From: Nemertoderma westbladi
Lineage: Eukaryota; Animalia; Xenacoelomorpha
NCBI GenBank assembly: GCA_032718475.1
Contig: JAUCBJ010000488.1
Coordinates: 62,001 to 126,000 of the forward strand
Reading direction: 5' to 3'
DNA length: 64,000 nucleotides
Shown one piece after another: positions 27,001-39,000 of the stretch. Made by a program: the position numbers and the translations under genes. The first letter of the stretch is position 1. Each line of letters begins with the position of its first letter. The notes below the pieces were generated by a model. It had not been told where the DNA came from, made no database searches, and was given only the letters and a program-made list of their open reading frames with translations.

Positions 27001-30000
27001 AGGGTGGTACAAGTAAAATAAAGTTAGCGGTGTCAGAGTCAGGGTGGTACAAGTAAAATAAAGTTAGCGTGTCAGTGTCAGGGTGGTACAAGTAAAATAA
27101 AGTTAGCGGTGTCAGAGTCAGGGTGGTACAAGTAAAACAAAGTTAGCGGTGTCAGAGTCAGGGTGGTACAAGTAAAATAAAGTTAGCGTGTCAGTGTTAG
27201 GGTGGTACAAGTAAAATAAAGTTAGCGTGTCAGTGTCAGGGTGGTACAAGTAAAATAAAGTTAGCGGTGTCAGGGTGGTATAAGTAAAATAAAGTTAGCG
27301 TGTCAGAGTCAGGGTGGTACAAGTAAAATAAAGTTAGCGGTGTCAGTGTCAGGGTGGTACAAGTAAAATAAACTTAGCGGTGTCAGAGTCAGGGTGGTAC
27401 AAGTAAAACAAAGTTAGCGCTGTCAGTGTCAGGGTGGTACAAGTAAAATAAAGTTAGCGGTGTCAGTGTCAGGGTGGTACAAGTAAAATAAAGTTAGCGC
27501 TGTCAGTGTCAGGGTGGTACAAGTAAAATAAAGTTAGCGGTGTCAGTGTCAGAGTGGTACAAGTAAAATAAAGTTAGCGGTGTCAGAGTCAGGGTGGTAC
27601 AAGTAAAACAAAGTTAGCGGTGTCAGAGTCAGGGTGGTACAAGTAAAATAAAGTTAGCGGTGTCAGGGTGGTACAAGTAAAATAAAGTTAGCGGTGTCAG
27701 AGTCAGGGTGGTACAAGTAAAATAAAGTTAGCGGTGTCAGAGTCAGGGTGGTACAAGTAAAATAAAGTTAGCGGTGTCAGAGTCAGGGTGGTACAAGTAA
27801 AATAAAGTTAGCGGTGTCAGAGTCAGGGTGGTACAAGTAAAACAAAGTTGGCGGTGTCAGTGTCAGGGTGGTACAAGTAAAATAAAGTTAGCGGTGTCAG
27901 AGTCAGGGTGGTACAAGTAAAATAAAGTTAGCGGTGTCAGAGTCAGGGTGGTACAAGTAAAATAAAGTTAGCGTGTCAGTGTCAGGGTGGTACAAGTAAA
28001 ATAAAGTTAGCGGTGTCAGGGTGGTATAAGTAAAATAAAGTTAGCGTGTCAGAGTCAGGGTGGTACAAGTAAAATACAGTTAGCGGTGTCAGTGTCAGGG
28101 TGGTACAAGTAAAAGAAACTTAGCGGTGTCAGAGTCAGGGTGGTACAAGTAAAATAAAGTTAGCGGTGTCAGAGTCAGGGTGGTACAAGTAAAATAAAGT
28201 TAGCGGTGTCAGAGTCAGGGTGGTACAAGTAAAATAAAGTTAGCGGTGTCAGAGTTAGGGTGGTACAAGTAAAATAAAGTTAGCGGTGTCAGAGTCAGGG
28301 TGGTACAAGTAAAATAAAGTTAGCGGTGTCAGAGTTAGGGTGGTAAAAGTAAAATAAAGTTAGCGGTGTCAGAGTCAGGGTGGTACAAGTAAAATAAAGT
28401 TAGCGGTGTCAGAGTTAGGGTGGAACAAGTAAAATAAAGTTAGCGGTGTCAGAGTCAGGGTGGTACAAGTAAAATAAAGTTAGCGGTATCAGAGTCAGGG
28501 TGGTACAAGTAAAATAAAGTTAGCGGTGTCAGAGTTAGGGTGGTACAAGTAAAATAAAATTAGCGGTGTCAGAGTCAGGGTGGTACAAGTAAAATAATGT
28601 TAGCGGTGTCAGAGTCAGGGTGGTACAAGTAAAATAAAGTTAGCGTGTCAGTGTCAGGGTGGTACAAGTAAAATAAAGTTAGCGGTGTCAGAGTCAGGGT
28701 GGTACAAGTAAAATAAAGTTAGCGGTGTCAGAGTCAGGGTGGTACAAGTAAAATAAAGTTAGCGTGTCAGTGTCAGGGTGGTACAAGTAAAATAAAGTTA
28801 GCGGTGTCAGAGTCAGGGTGGTACAAGGAAAATAAAGTTAGCGGTGTCAGAGTCAGGGTGGTACAAGTAAAATAAAGTTAGCGGTGTCAGAGTCAGGGTG
28901 GTACAAGTAAAATAAAGTTAGCGGTGTCAGAGTCAGGGTGGTACAAGTAAAATAAAGTTAGCGTGTCAGTGTCATGGTGGTACAAGTAAAATAAAGTTAG
29001 CGGTGTCAGAGTCAGGGTGGTACAAGTAAAATAAAGTTAGCGGTGTCAGTGTCAGGGTGGTACAAGTAAAATAAAGTTAGCGGTGTCAGTGTCAGGGTGG
29101 TACAAGTAAAATAAAGTTAGCGGTGTCAGTGTCAGGGTGGTACAAGTAAAATAAAGTTAGCGTGTCAGTGTCAGGGTGGTACAAGTAAAGAAAGTTAGCG
29201 GTGTCAGGGTGGTACAAGTAAAATAAAGTTAGCGTGTCAGTGTCAGGGTGGTACAAGTAAAATAAAGTTAGCGGTGTCAGGGTGGTACAAGTAAAATAAA
29301 GTTAGCGTGTCAGTGTCAGGGTGGTACAAGTAAAATAAAGTTAGCGGTGTCAGGGTGGTATAAGTAAAATAAAGTTAGCGTGTCAGAATCAGGGTGGTAC
29401 AAGTAAAATAAAGTTAGCGGTGTCAGTGTCAGGGTGGTACAAGTAAAAGAAACTTAGCGGTGTCAGAGTCAGGGTGGTACAAGTAAAATAAAGTTAGCGG
29501 TGTCAGAGTCAGGGTGGTACAAGTAAAATAAAGTTAGCGGTGTCAGAGTCAGGGTGGTACAAGTAAAATAAAGTTAGCGGTGTCAGAGTTAGGGTGGTAC
29601 AAGTAAAATAAAGTTAGCGGTGTCAGAGTCAGGGTGGTACAAGTAAAATAAAGTTAGCGGTGTCAGAGTTAGGGTGGTAAAAGTAAAATAAAGTTAGCGG
29701 TGTCAGAGTCAGGGTGGTACAAGTAAAATAAAGTTAGCGGTGTCAGAGTTAGGGTGGAACAAGTAAAATAAAGTTAGCGGTGTCAGAGTCAGGGTGGTAC
29801 AAGTAATATAAAGTTAGCGGTGTCAGAGTCAGGGTGGTACAAGTAAAATAAAGTTAGCGGTGTCAGAGTTAGGGTGGTACAAGTAAAATAAAGTTAGCGG
29901 TGTCAGAGTCAGGGCGGTACAAGTAAAATAATGTTAGCGGTGTCAGAGTCAGGGTGGTACAAGTAAAATAAAGTTAGCGTGTCAGTGTCAGGGTGGTACA

Positions 30001-33000
30001 AGTAAAATAAAGTTAGCGGTGTCAGAGTCAGGGTGGTACAAGTAAAATAAAGTTAGCGGTGTCAGAGTCAGGGTGGTACAAGTAAAATAAAGTTAGCGGT
30101 GTCAGAGTCAGGGTGGTACAAGTAAAATAAAGTTAGCGGTGTCAGGGTGGTATAAGTAAAATAAAGTTAGCGGTGTCAGAGTCAGGGTGGTACAAGTAAA
30201 ACAAAGTTAGCGGTGTCAGTGTCAGGGTGGTACAAGTAAAATAAAGTTAGCGGTGTCAGTGTCAGGGTGGTACAAGTAAAATAAAGTTAGCGGTGTCAGA
30301 GTCAGGGTGGTACAAGTAAAATAAAGTTAGCGGTGTCAGAGTCAGGGTGGTACAAGTAAAATAAAGTTAGCGGTGTCAGAGTCAGGGTGGTACAAGTAAA
30401 ATAAAGTTAGCGGTGTCAGAGTCAGGGTGGTACAAGTAAAATAAAGTTAGCGGTGTCAGAGTCAGGGTGGTACAAGTAAAATAAAGTTAGCGGTGTCAGG
30501 GTGGTATAAGTAAAATAAAGTTAGCGGTGTCAGAGTCAGGGTGGTACAAATAAAACAAAGTTAGCGGTGTCAGTGTCAGGGTGGTACAAGTAAAATAAAG
30601 TTAGCGGTGTCAGAGTCAGGGTGGTACAAGTAAAATAAAGTTAGCGGTGTCAGAGTCAGGGTGGTACAAGTAAAATAAAGTTAGCGGTGTCAGGGTGGTA
30701 TAAGTAAAATAAAGTTAGCGGTGTCAGAGTCAGGGTGGTACAAGTAAAACAAAGTTAGCGGTGTCAGTGTCAGGGTGGTACAAGTAAAATAAAGTTAGCG
30801 GTGTCAGTGTCAGGGTGGTACAAGTAAAATAAAGTTAGCGGTGTCAGAGTCAGGGTGGTACAAGTAAAATAAAGTTAGCGGTGTCAGTGTCAGGGTGGTA
30901 CAAGTAAAATAAAGTTAGCGGTGTCAGAGTCAGGGTGGTACAAGTAAAATAAAGTTAGCGTGTCAGTGTCAGGGTGGTACAAGTAAAATAAAGTTAGCGG
31001 TGTCAGAGTCAGGGTGGTACAAGTAAAACAAAGTTAGCGGTGTCAGAGTCAGGGTGGTACAAGTAAAATAAAGTTAGCGTGTCAGTGTTAGGGTGGTACA
31101 AGTAAAATAAAGTTAGCGTGTCAGTGTCAGGGTGGTACAAGTAAAATAAAGTTAGCGGTGTCAGGGTGGTATAAGTAAAATAAAGTTAGCGTGTCAGAGT
31201 CAGGGTGGTACAAGTAAAATAAAGTTAGCGGTGTCAGTGTCAGGGTGGTACAAGTAAAATAAACTTAGCGGTGTCAGAGTCAGGGTGGTACAAGTAAAAC
31301 AAAGTTAGCGCTGTCAGTGTCAGGGTGGTACAAGTAAAATAAAGTTAGCGGTGTCAGTGTCAGGGTGGTACAAGTAAAATAAAGTTAGCGCTGTCAGTGT
31401 CAGGGTGGTACAAGTAAAATAAAGTTAGCGGTGTCAGTGTCAGAGTGGTACAAGTAAAATAAAGTTAGCGGTGTCAGAGTCAGGGTGGTACAAGTAAAAC
31501 AAAGTTAGCGGTGTCAGAGTCAGGGTGGTACAAGTAAAATAAAGTTAGCGGTGTCAGGGTGGTACAAGTAAAATAAAGTTAGCGGTGTCAGAGTCAGGGT
31601 GGTACAAGTAAAATAAAGTTAGCGGTGTCAGAGTCAGGGTGGTACAAGTAAAATAAAGTTAGCGGTGTCAGAGTCAGGGTGGTACAAGTAAAATAAAGTT
31701 AGCGGTGTCAGAGTCAGGGTGGTACAAGTAAAATAAAGTTAGCGGTGTCAGGGTGGTATAAGTAAAATAAAGTTAGCGGTGTCAGTGTCAGGGTGGTACA
31801 AGTAAAATAAAGTTAGCGTGTCAGTGTCAGGGTGGTACAAGTAAAATAAAGTTAGCGGTGTCAGAGTCAGGGTGGTACAAGTAAAATAAAGTTAGCGGTG
31901 TCAGGGTGGTACAAGTAAAATAAAGTTAGCGGTGTCAGGGTGGTACAAGTAAAATAAAGTTAGCGGTGTCAGAGTCAGGGTGGTATAAGTAAAATAAAGT
32001 TAGCGGTGTCAGAGTCAGGGTGGTACAAGTAAAATAAAGTTAGCGTGTCAGTGTCAGGGTGGTACAAGTAAAATAAAGTTAGCGGTGTCAGAGTCAGGGT
32101 GGTACAAGGAAAATAAAGTTAGCGGTGTCAGAGTCAGGGTGGTACAAGTAAAATAAAGTTAGCGGTGTCAGAGTCAGGGTGGTACAAGTAAAATAAAGTT
32201 AGCGGTGTCAGAGTCAGGGTGGTACAAGTAAAATAAAGTTAGCGTGTCAGTGTCATGGTGGTACAAGTAAAATAAAGTTAGCGGTGTCAGAGTCAGGGTG
32301 GTACAAGTAAAATAAAGTTAGCGGTGTCAGTGTCAGGGTGGTACAAGTAAAATAAAGTTAGCGGTGTCAGTGTCAGGGTGGTACAAGTAAAATAAAGTTA
32401 GCGGTGTCAGTGTCAGGGTGGTACAAGTAAAATAAAGTTAGCGTGTCAGTGTCAGGGTGGTACAAGTAAAGAAAGTTAGCGGTGTCAGGGTGGTACAAGT
32501 AAAATAAAGTTAGCGTGTCAGTGTCAGGGTGGTACAAGTAAAATAAAGTTAGCGGTGTCAGGGTGGTACAAGTAAAATAAAGTTAGCGGTGTCAGGGTGG
32601 TACAAGTAAAATAAAGTTAGCGTGTCAGTGTCAGGGTGGTACAAGTAAAATAAAGTTAGCGGTGTCAGGGTGGTATAAGTAAAATAAAGTTAGCGTGTCA
32701 GAATCAGGGTGGTACAAGTAAAATAAAGTTAGCGGTGTCAGTGTCAGGGTGGTACAAGTAAAAGAAACTTAGCGGTGTCAGAGTCAGGGTGGTACAAGTA
32801 AAATAAAGTTAGCGGTGTCAGAGTCAGGGTGGTACAAGTAAAATAAAGTTAGCGGTGTCAGAGTCAGGGTGGTACAAGTAAAATAAAGTTAGCGGTGTCA
32901 GAGTTAGGGTGGTACAAGTAAAATAAAGTTAGCGGTGTCAGAGTCAGGGTGGTACAAGTAAAATAAAGTTAGCGGTGTCAGAGTTAGGGTGGTAAAAGTA

Positions 33001-36000
33001 AAATAAAGTTAGCGGTGTCAGAGTCAGGGTGGTACAAGTAAAATAAAGTTAGCGGTGTCAGAGTTAGGGTGGAACAAGTAAAATAAAGTTAGCGGTGTCA
33101 GAGTCAGGGTGGTACAAGTAATATAAAGTTAGCGGTGTCAGAGTCAGGGTGGTACAAGTAAAATAAAGTTAGCGGTGTCAGAGTTAGGGTGGTACAAGTA
33201 AAATAAAGTTAGCGGTGTCAGAGTCAGGGCGGTACAAGTAAAATAATGTTAGCGGTGTCAGAGTCAGGGTGGTACAAGTAAAATAAAGTTAGCGTGTCAG
33301 TGTCAGGGTGGTACAAGTAAAATAAAGTTAGCGGTGTCAGAGTCAGGGTGGTACAAGTAAAATAAAGTTAGCGGTGTCAGAGTCAGGGTGGTACAAGTAA
33401 AATAAAGTTAGCGGTGTCAGAGTCAGGGTGGTACAAGTAAAATAAAGTTAGCGGTGTCAGGGTGGTATAAGTAAAATAAAGTTAGCGGTGTCAGAGTCAG
33501 GGTGGTACAAGTAAAACAAAGTTAGCGGTGTCAGTGTCAGGGTGGTACAAGTAAAATAAAGTTAGCGGTGTCAGTGTCAGGGTGGTACAAGTAAAATAAA
33601 GTTAGCGGTGTCAGAGTCAGGGTGGTACAAGTAAAATAAAGTTAGCGGTGTCAGAGTCAGGGTGGTACAAGTAAAATAAAGTTAGCGGTGTCAGAGTCAG
33701 GGTGGTACAAGTAAAATAAAGTTAGCGGTGTCAGAGTCAGGGTGGTACAAGTAAAATAAAGTTAGCGGTGTCAGAGTCAGGGTGGTACAAGTAAAATAAA
33801 GTTAGCGGTGTCAGGGTGGTATAAGTAAAATAAAGTTAGCGGTGTCAGAGTCAGGGTGGTACAAATAAAACAAAGTTAGCGGTGTCAGTGTCAGGGTGGT
33901 ACAAGTAAAATAAAGTTAGCGGTGTCAGAGTCAGGGTGGTACAAGTAAAATAAAGTTAGCGGTGTCAGAGTCAGGGTGGTACAAGTAAAATAAAGTTAGC
34001 GGTGTCAGGGTGGTATAAGTAAAATAAAGTTAGCGGTGTCAGAGTCAGGGTGGTACAAGTAAAACAAAGTTAGCGGTGTCAGTGTCAGGGTGGTACAAGT
34101 AAAATAAAGTTAGCGGTGTCAGTGTCAGGGTGGTACAAGTAAAATAAAGTTAGCGGTGTCAGAGTCAGGGTGGTACAAGTAAAATAAAGTTAGCGGTGTC
34201 AGTGTCAGGGTGGTACAAGTAAAATAAAGTTAGCGGTGTCAGAGTCAGGGTGGTACAAGTAAAATAAAGTTAGCGTGTCAGTGTCAGGGTGGTACAAGTA
34301 AAATAAAGTTAGCGGTGTCAGAGTCAGGGTGGTACAAGTAAAACAAAGTTAGCGGTGTCAGAGTCAGGGTGGTACAAGTAAAATAAAGTTAGCGTGTCAG
34401 TGTTAGGGTGGTACAAGTAAAATAAAGTTAGCGTGTCAGTGTCAGGGTGGTACAAGTAAAATAAAGTTAGCGGTGTCAGGGTGGTATAAGTAAAATAAAG
34501 TTAGCGTGTCAGAGTCAGGGTGGTACAAGTAAAATAAAGTTAGCGGTGTCAGTGTCAGGGTGGTACAAGTAAAATAAACTTAGCGGTGTCAGAGTCAGGG
34601 TGGTACAAGTAAAACAAAGTTAGCGCTGTCAGTGTCAGGGTGGTACAAGTAAAATAAAGTTAGCGGTGTCAGTGTCAGGGTGGTACAAGTAAAATAAAGT
34701 TAGCGCTGTCAGTGTCAGGGTGGTACAAGTAAAATAAAGTTAGCGGTGTCAGTGTCAGAGTGGTACAAGTAAAATAAAGTTAGCGGTGTCAGAGTCAGGG
34801 TGGTACAAGTAAAACAAAGTTAGCGGTGTCAGAGTCAGGGTGGTACAAGTAAAATAAAGTTAGCGGTGTCAGGGTGGTACAAGTAAAATAAAGTTAGCGG
34901 TGTCAGAGTCAGGGTGGTACAAGTAAAATAAAGTTAGCGGTGTCAGAGTCAGGGTGGTACAAGTAAAATAAAGTTAGCGGTGTCAGAGTCAGGGTGGTAC
35001 AAGTAAAATAAAGTTAGCGGTGTCAGAGTCAGGGTGGTACAAGTAAAATAAAGTTAGCGGTGTCAGGGTGGTATAAGTAAAATAAAGTTAGCGGTGTCAG
35101 TGTCAGGGTGGTACAAGTAAAATAAAGTTAGCGTGTCAGTGTCAGGGTGGTACAAGTAAAATAAAGTTAGCGGTGTCAGAGTCAGGGTGGTACAAGTAAA
35201 ATAAAGTTAGCGGTGTCAGGGTGGTACAAGTAAAATAAAGTTAGCGGTGTCAGGGTGGTACAAGTAAAATAAAGTTAGCGGTGTCAGAGTCAGGGTGGTA
35301 TAAGTAAAATAAAGTTAGCGGTGTCAGAGTCAGGGTGGTACAAGTAAAATAAAGTTAGCGGTGTCAGTGTCAGGGTGGTACAAGTAAAACAAAGTTAGCG
35401 GTGTCAGAGTCAGGGTGGTACAAGTAAAATAAAGTTAGCGGTGTCAGGGTGGTACAAGTAAAATAAAGTTAGCGGTGTCAGAGTCAGGGTGGTACAAGTA
35501 AAATAAAGTTAGCGGTGTCAGGGTGGTACAAGTAAAACAAAGTTAGCGGTGTCAGTGTCGGGGTGGTACAAGTAAAATAAAGTTAGCGGTGTCAGTGTCA
35601 GGGTGGTACAAGTAAAATAAAGTTAGCGGTGTCAGTGTCAGGGTGGTACAAGTAAAATAAAGTTAGCGGTGTCAGTGTCAGGGTGGTACAAGTAAAATAA
35701 AGTTAGCGGTGTCAGAGTCAGGGTGGTACAAGTAAAATAAAGTTAGCGGTGTCAGTGTCAGGGTGGTACAAGTAAAATAAAGTTAGCGGTGTCAGTGTCA
35801 GGGTGGTACAAGTAAAATAAAGTTAGCAGTGTCAGAGTCAGGGTGGTACAAGTAAAATAAAGTTAGCGGTGTCAGAGTCAGGGTGGTACAAGTGAAATAA
35901 AGTTAGCGTGTCAGAGTCAGGGTGGTACAAGTAAAATAAAGTTAGCGGTGTCAGGGTGGTACAAGTAAAACAAAGTTAGCGGTGTCAGAGTCAGGGTGGT

Positions 36001-39000
36001 ACAAGTAAAATAAAGTTAGCGGTGTCAGTGTCAGGGTGGTACAAGTAAAATAAAGTTAGCGGTGTCAGAGTCAGGGTGGTACAAGTAAAATAAAGTTAGC
36101 GGTGTCAGGGTGGTACAAGTAAAATAAAGTTAGCGGTGTCAGGGTGGTACAAGTAAAACAAAGTTAGCGGTGTCAGAGTCAGGGTGGTACAAGTAAAATA
36201 AAGTTAGCGGTGTCAGAGTCAGGGTGGTACAAGTAAAATAAAGTTAGCGTGTCAGAGTCAGGGTGGTACAAGTAAAATAAAGTTAGCGGTGTCAGTGTCA
36301 GGGTGGTACAAGTAAAATAAAGTTAGCGGTGTCAGTGTCAGGGTGGTACAAGTAAAATAAAGTTAGCGGTGTCAGTGTCAGGGTGGTAGAAGTAAAATAA
36401 AGTTAGCGGTGTCAGGGTGGTACAAGTAAAACAAAGTTAGCGATGTCAGAGTCAGGGTGGTACAAGTAAAATAAAGTTAGCGGTGTCAGAGTCAGGGCGG
36501 TACAAGTAAAATAAAGTTAGCGGTGTCAGGGTGGTACAAGTAAAACAAAGTTAGCGGTGTCAGAGTCAGGGTGGTACAAGTAAAATAAAGTTAGCGGTGT
36601 CAGAGTCAGGGTGGTACAAGTAAAATAAAGTTAGCGTGTCAGAGTCAGGGTGGTGCAAGCAAAATAAAGTTAGCGGTGTCAGTGTCAGGGTGGTACAAGT
36701 AAAATAAAGTTAGCGGTGTCAGAGTCAGGGTGGTACAAGTAAAATAAAGTTAGCGGTGTCAGAGTCAGGGTGGTACAAGTAAAATAAAGTTAGCGTGTCA
36801 GAGTCAGGGTGGTACAAGTAAAATAAGGTTAGCGGTGTCAGTGTCAGGGTGGTACAAGTAAAATAAAGTTAGCGCTGTCAGTGTCAGGGTGGTACAAGTA
36901 AAATAAAGTTAGCGGTGTCAGTGTCAGGGTGGTACAAGTAAAATAAAGTTAGCGGTGTCAGGGTGGTACAAGTAAAATAAAGTTAGCGTGTCAGTGTCAG
37001 GGTGGTACAAGTAAAATAAAGTTAGCGGTGTCAGAGTCAGGGTGGTACAAGTAAAATAAAGTTAGCGGTGTCAGGGTGGTACAAGTAAAATAAAGTTAGC
37101 GGTGTCAGTGTCGGGGTGGTAAAATAAAGTTAGCGGTGTCAGTGTCAGGGTGGTACAAGTAAAACAAAGTTAGCGGTGTCAGAGTCAGGGTGGTACAAGT
37201 AAAATAAAGTTAGCGGTGTCAGGGTGGTACAAGTAAAATAAAGTTAGCGGTGTCAGAGTCAGGGTGGTACAAGTAAAATAAAGTTAGCGGTGTCAGGGTG
37301 GTACAAGTAAAACAAAGTTAGCGGTGTCAGTGTCGGGGTGGTACAAGTAAAATAAAGTTAGCGGTGTCAGTGTCAGGGTGGTACAAGTAAAATAAATTTA
37401 GCGGTGTCAGAGTCAGGGTGGTACAAGTAAAATAAAGTTAGCGGTGTCAGAGTCAGGGTGGTACAAGTAAAATAAAGTTAGCGTGTCAGAGTCAGGGTGG
37501 TGCAAGCAAAATAAAGTTAGCGGTGTCAGTGTCAGGGTGGTACAAGTAAAATAAAGTTAGCGGTGTCAGAGTCAGGGTGGTACAAGTAAAATAAAGTTAG
37601 CGGTGTCAGAGTCAGGGTGGTACAAGTAAAATAAAGTTAGCGTGTCAGAGTCAGGGTGGTACAAGTAAAATAAGGTTAGCGGTGTCAGTGTCAGGGTGGT
37701 ACAAGTAAAATAAAGTTAGCGCTGTCAGTGTCAGGGTGGTACAAGTAAAATAAAGTTAGCGGTGTCAGTGTCAGGGTGGTACAAGTAAAATAAAGTTAGC
37801 GGTGTCAGGGTGGTACAAGTAAAATAAAGTTAGCGTGTCAGTGTCAGGGTGGTACAAGTAAAATAAAGTTAGCGGTGTCAGAGTCAGGGTGGTACAAGTA
37901 AAATAAAGTTAGCGGTGTCAGGGTGGTACAAGTAAAATAAAGTTAGCGGTGTCAGGGTGGTACAAGTAAAATAAAGTTAGCGGTGTCAGAGTCAGGGTGG
38001 TATAAGTAAAATAAAGTTAGCGGTGTCAGAGTCAGGGTGGTAAAATAAAGTTAGCGGTGTCAGTGTCAGGGTGGTACAAGTAAAACAAAGTTAGCGGTGT
38101 CAGAGTCAGGGTGGTACAAGTAAAATAAAGTTAGCGGTGTCAGGGTGGTACAAGTAAAATAAAGTTAGCGGTGTCAGAGTCAGGGTGGTACAAGTAAAAT
38201 AAAGTTAGCGGTGTCAGGGTGGTACAAGTAAAACAAAGTTAGCGGTGTCAGTGTCGGGGTGGTACAAGTAAAATAAAGTTAGCGGTGTCAGTGTCAGGGT
38301 GGTACAAGTAAAATAAATTTAGCGGTGTCATTGTCAGGGTGGTACAAGTAAAATAAAGTTAGCGGTGTCAGTGTCAGGGTGGTACAAGTAAAATAAAGTT
38401 AGCGGTGTCAGAGTCAGGGTGGTACAAGTAAAATAAAGTTAGCGGTGTCAGTGTCAGGGTGGTACAAGTAAAATAAAGTTAGCGGTGTCAGTGTCAGGGT
38501 GGTACAAGTAAAATAAAGTTAGCAGTGTCAGAGTCAGGGTGGTACAAGTAAAATAAAGTTAGCGGTGTCAGAGTCAGGGTGGTACAAGTAAAATAAAGTT
38601 ACCGTGTCAGAGTCAGGGTGGTACAAGTAAAATAAAGTTAGCGGTGTCAGTGTGGTACAAGTAAAATAAAGTTAGCGGTGTCAGAGTCAGGGTGGTACAA
38701 GTAAAATAAAGTTAGCGGTGTCAGAGTCAGGGTGGTACAAGTAAAATAAAGTTAGCGTGTCAGAGTCAGGGTGGTACAAGTAAAATAAGGTTAGCGGTGT
38801 CAGTGTCAGGGTGGTACAAGTAAAATAAAGTTAGCGCTGTCAGTGTCAGGGTGGTACAAGTAAAATAAAGTTAGCGGTGTCAGTGTCAGGGTGGTACAAG
38901 TAAAATAAAGTTAGCGGTGTCAGGGTGGTACAAGTAAAATAAAGTTAGCGTGTCAGTGTCAGGGTGGTACAAGTAAAATAAAGTTAGCGGTGTCAGAGTC

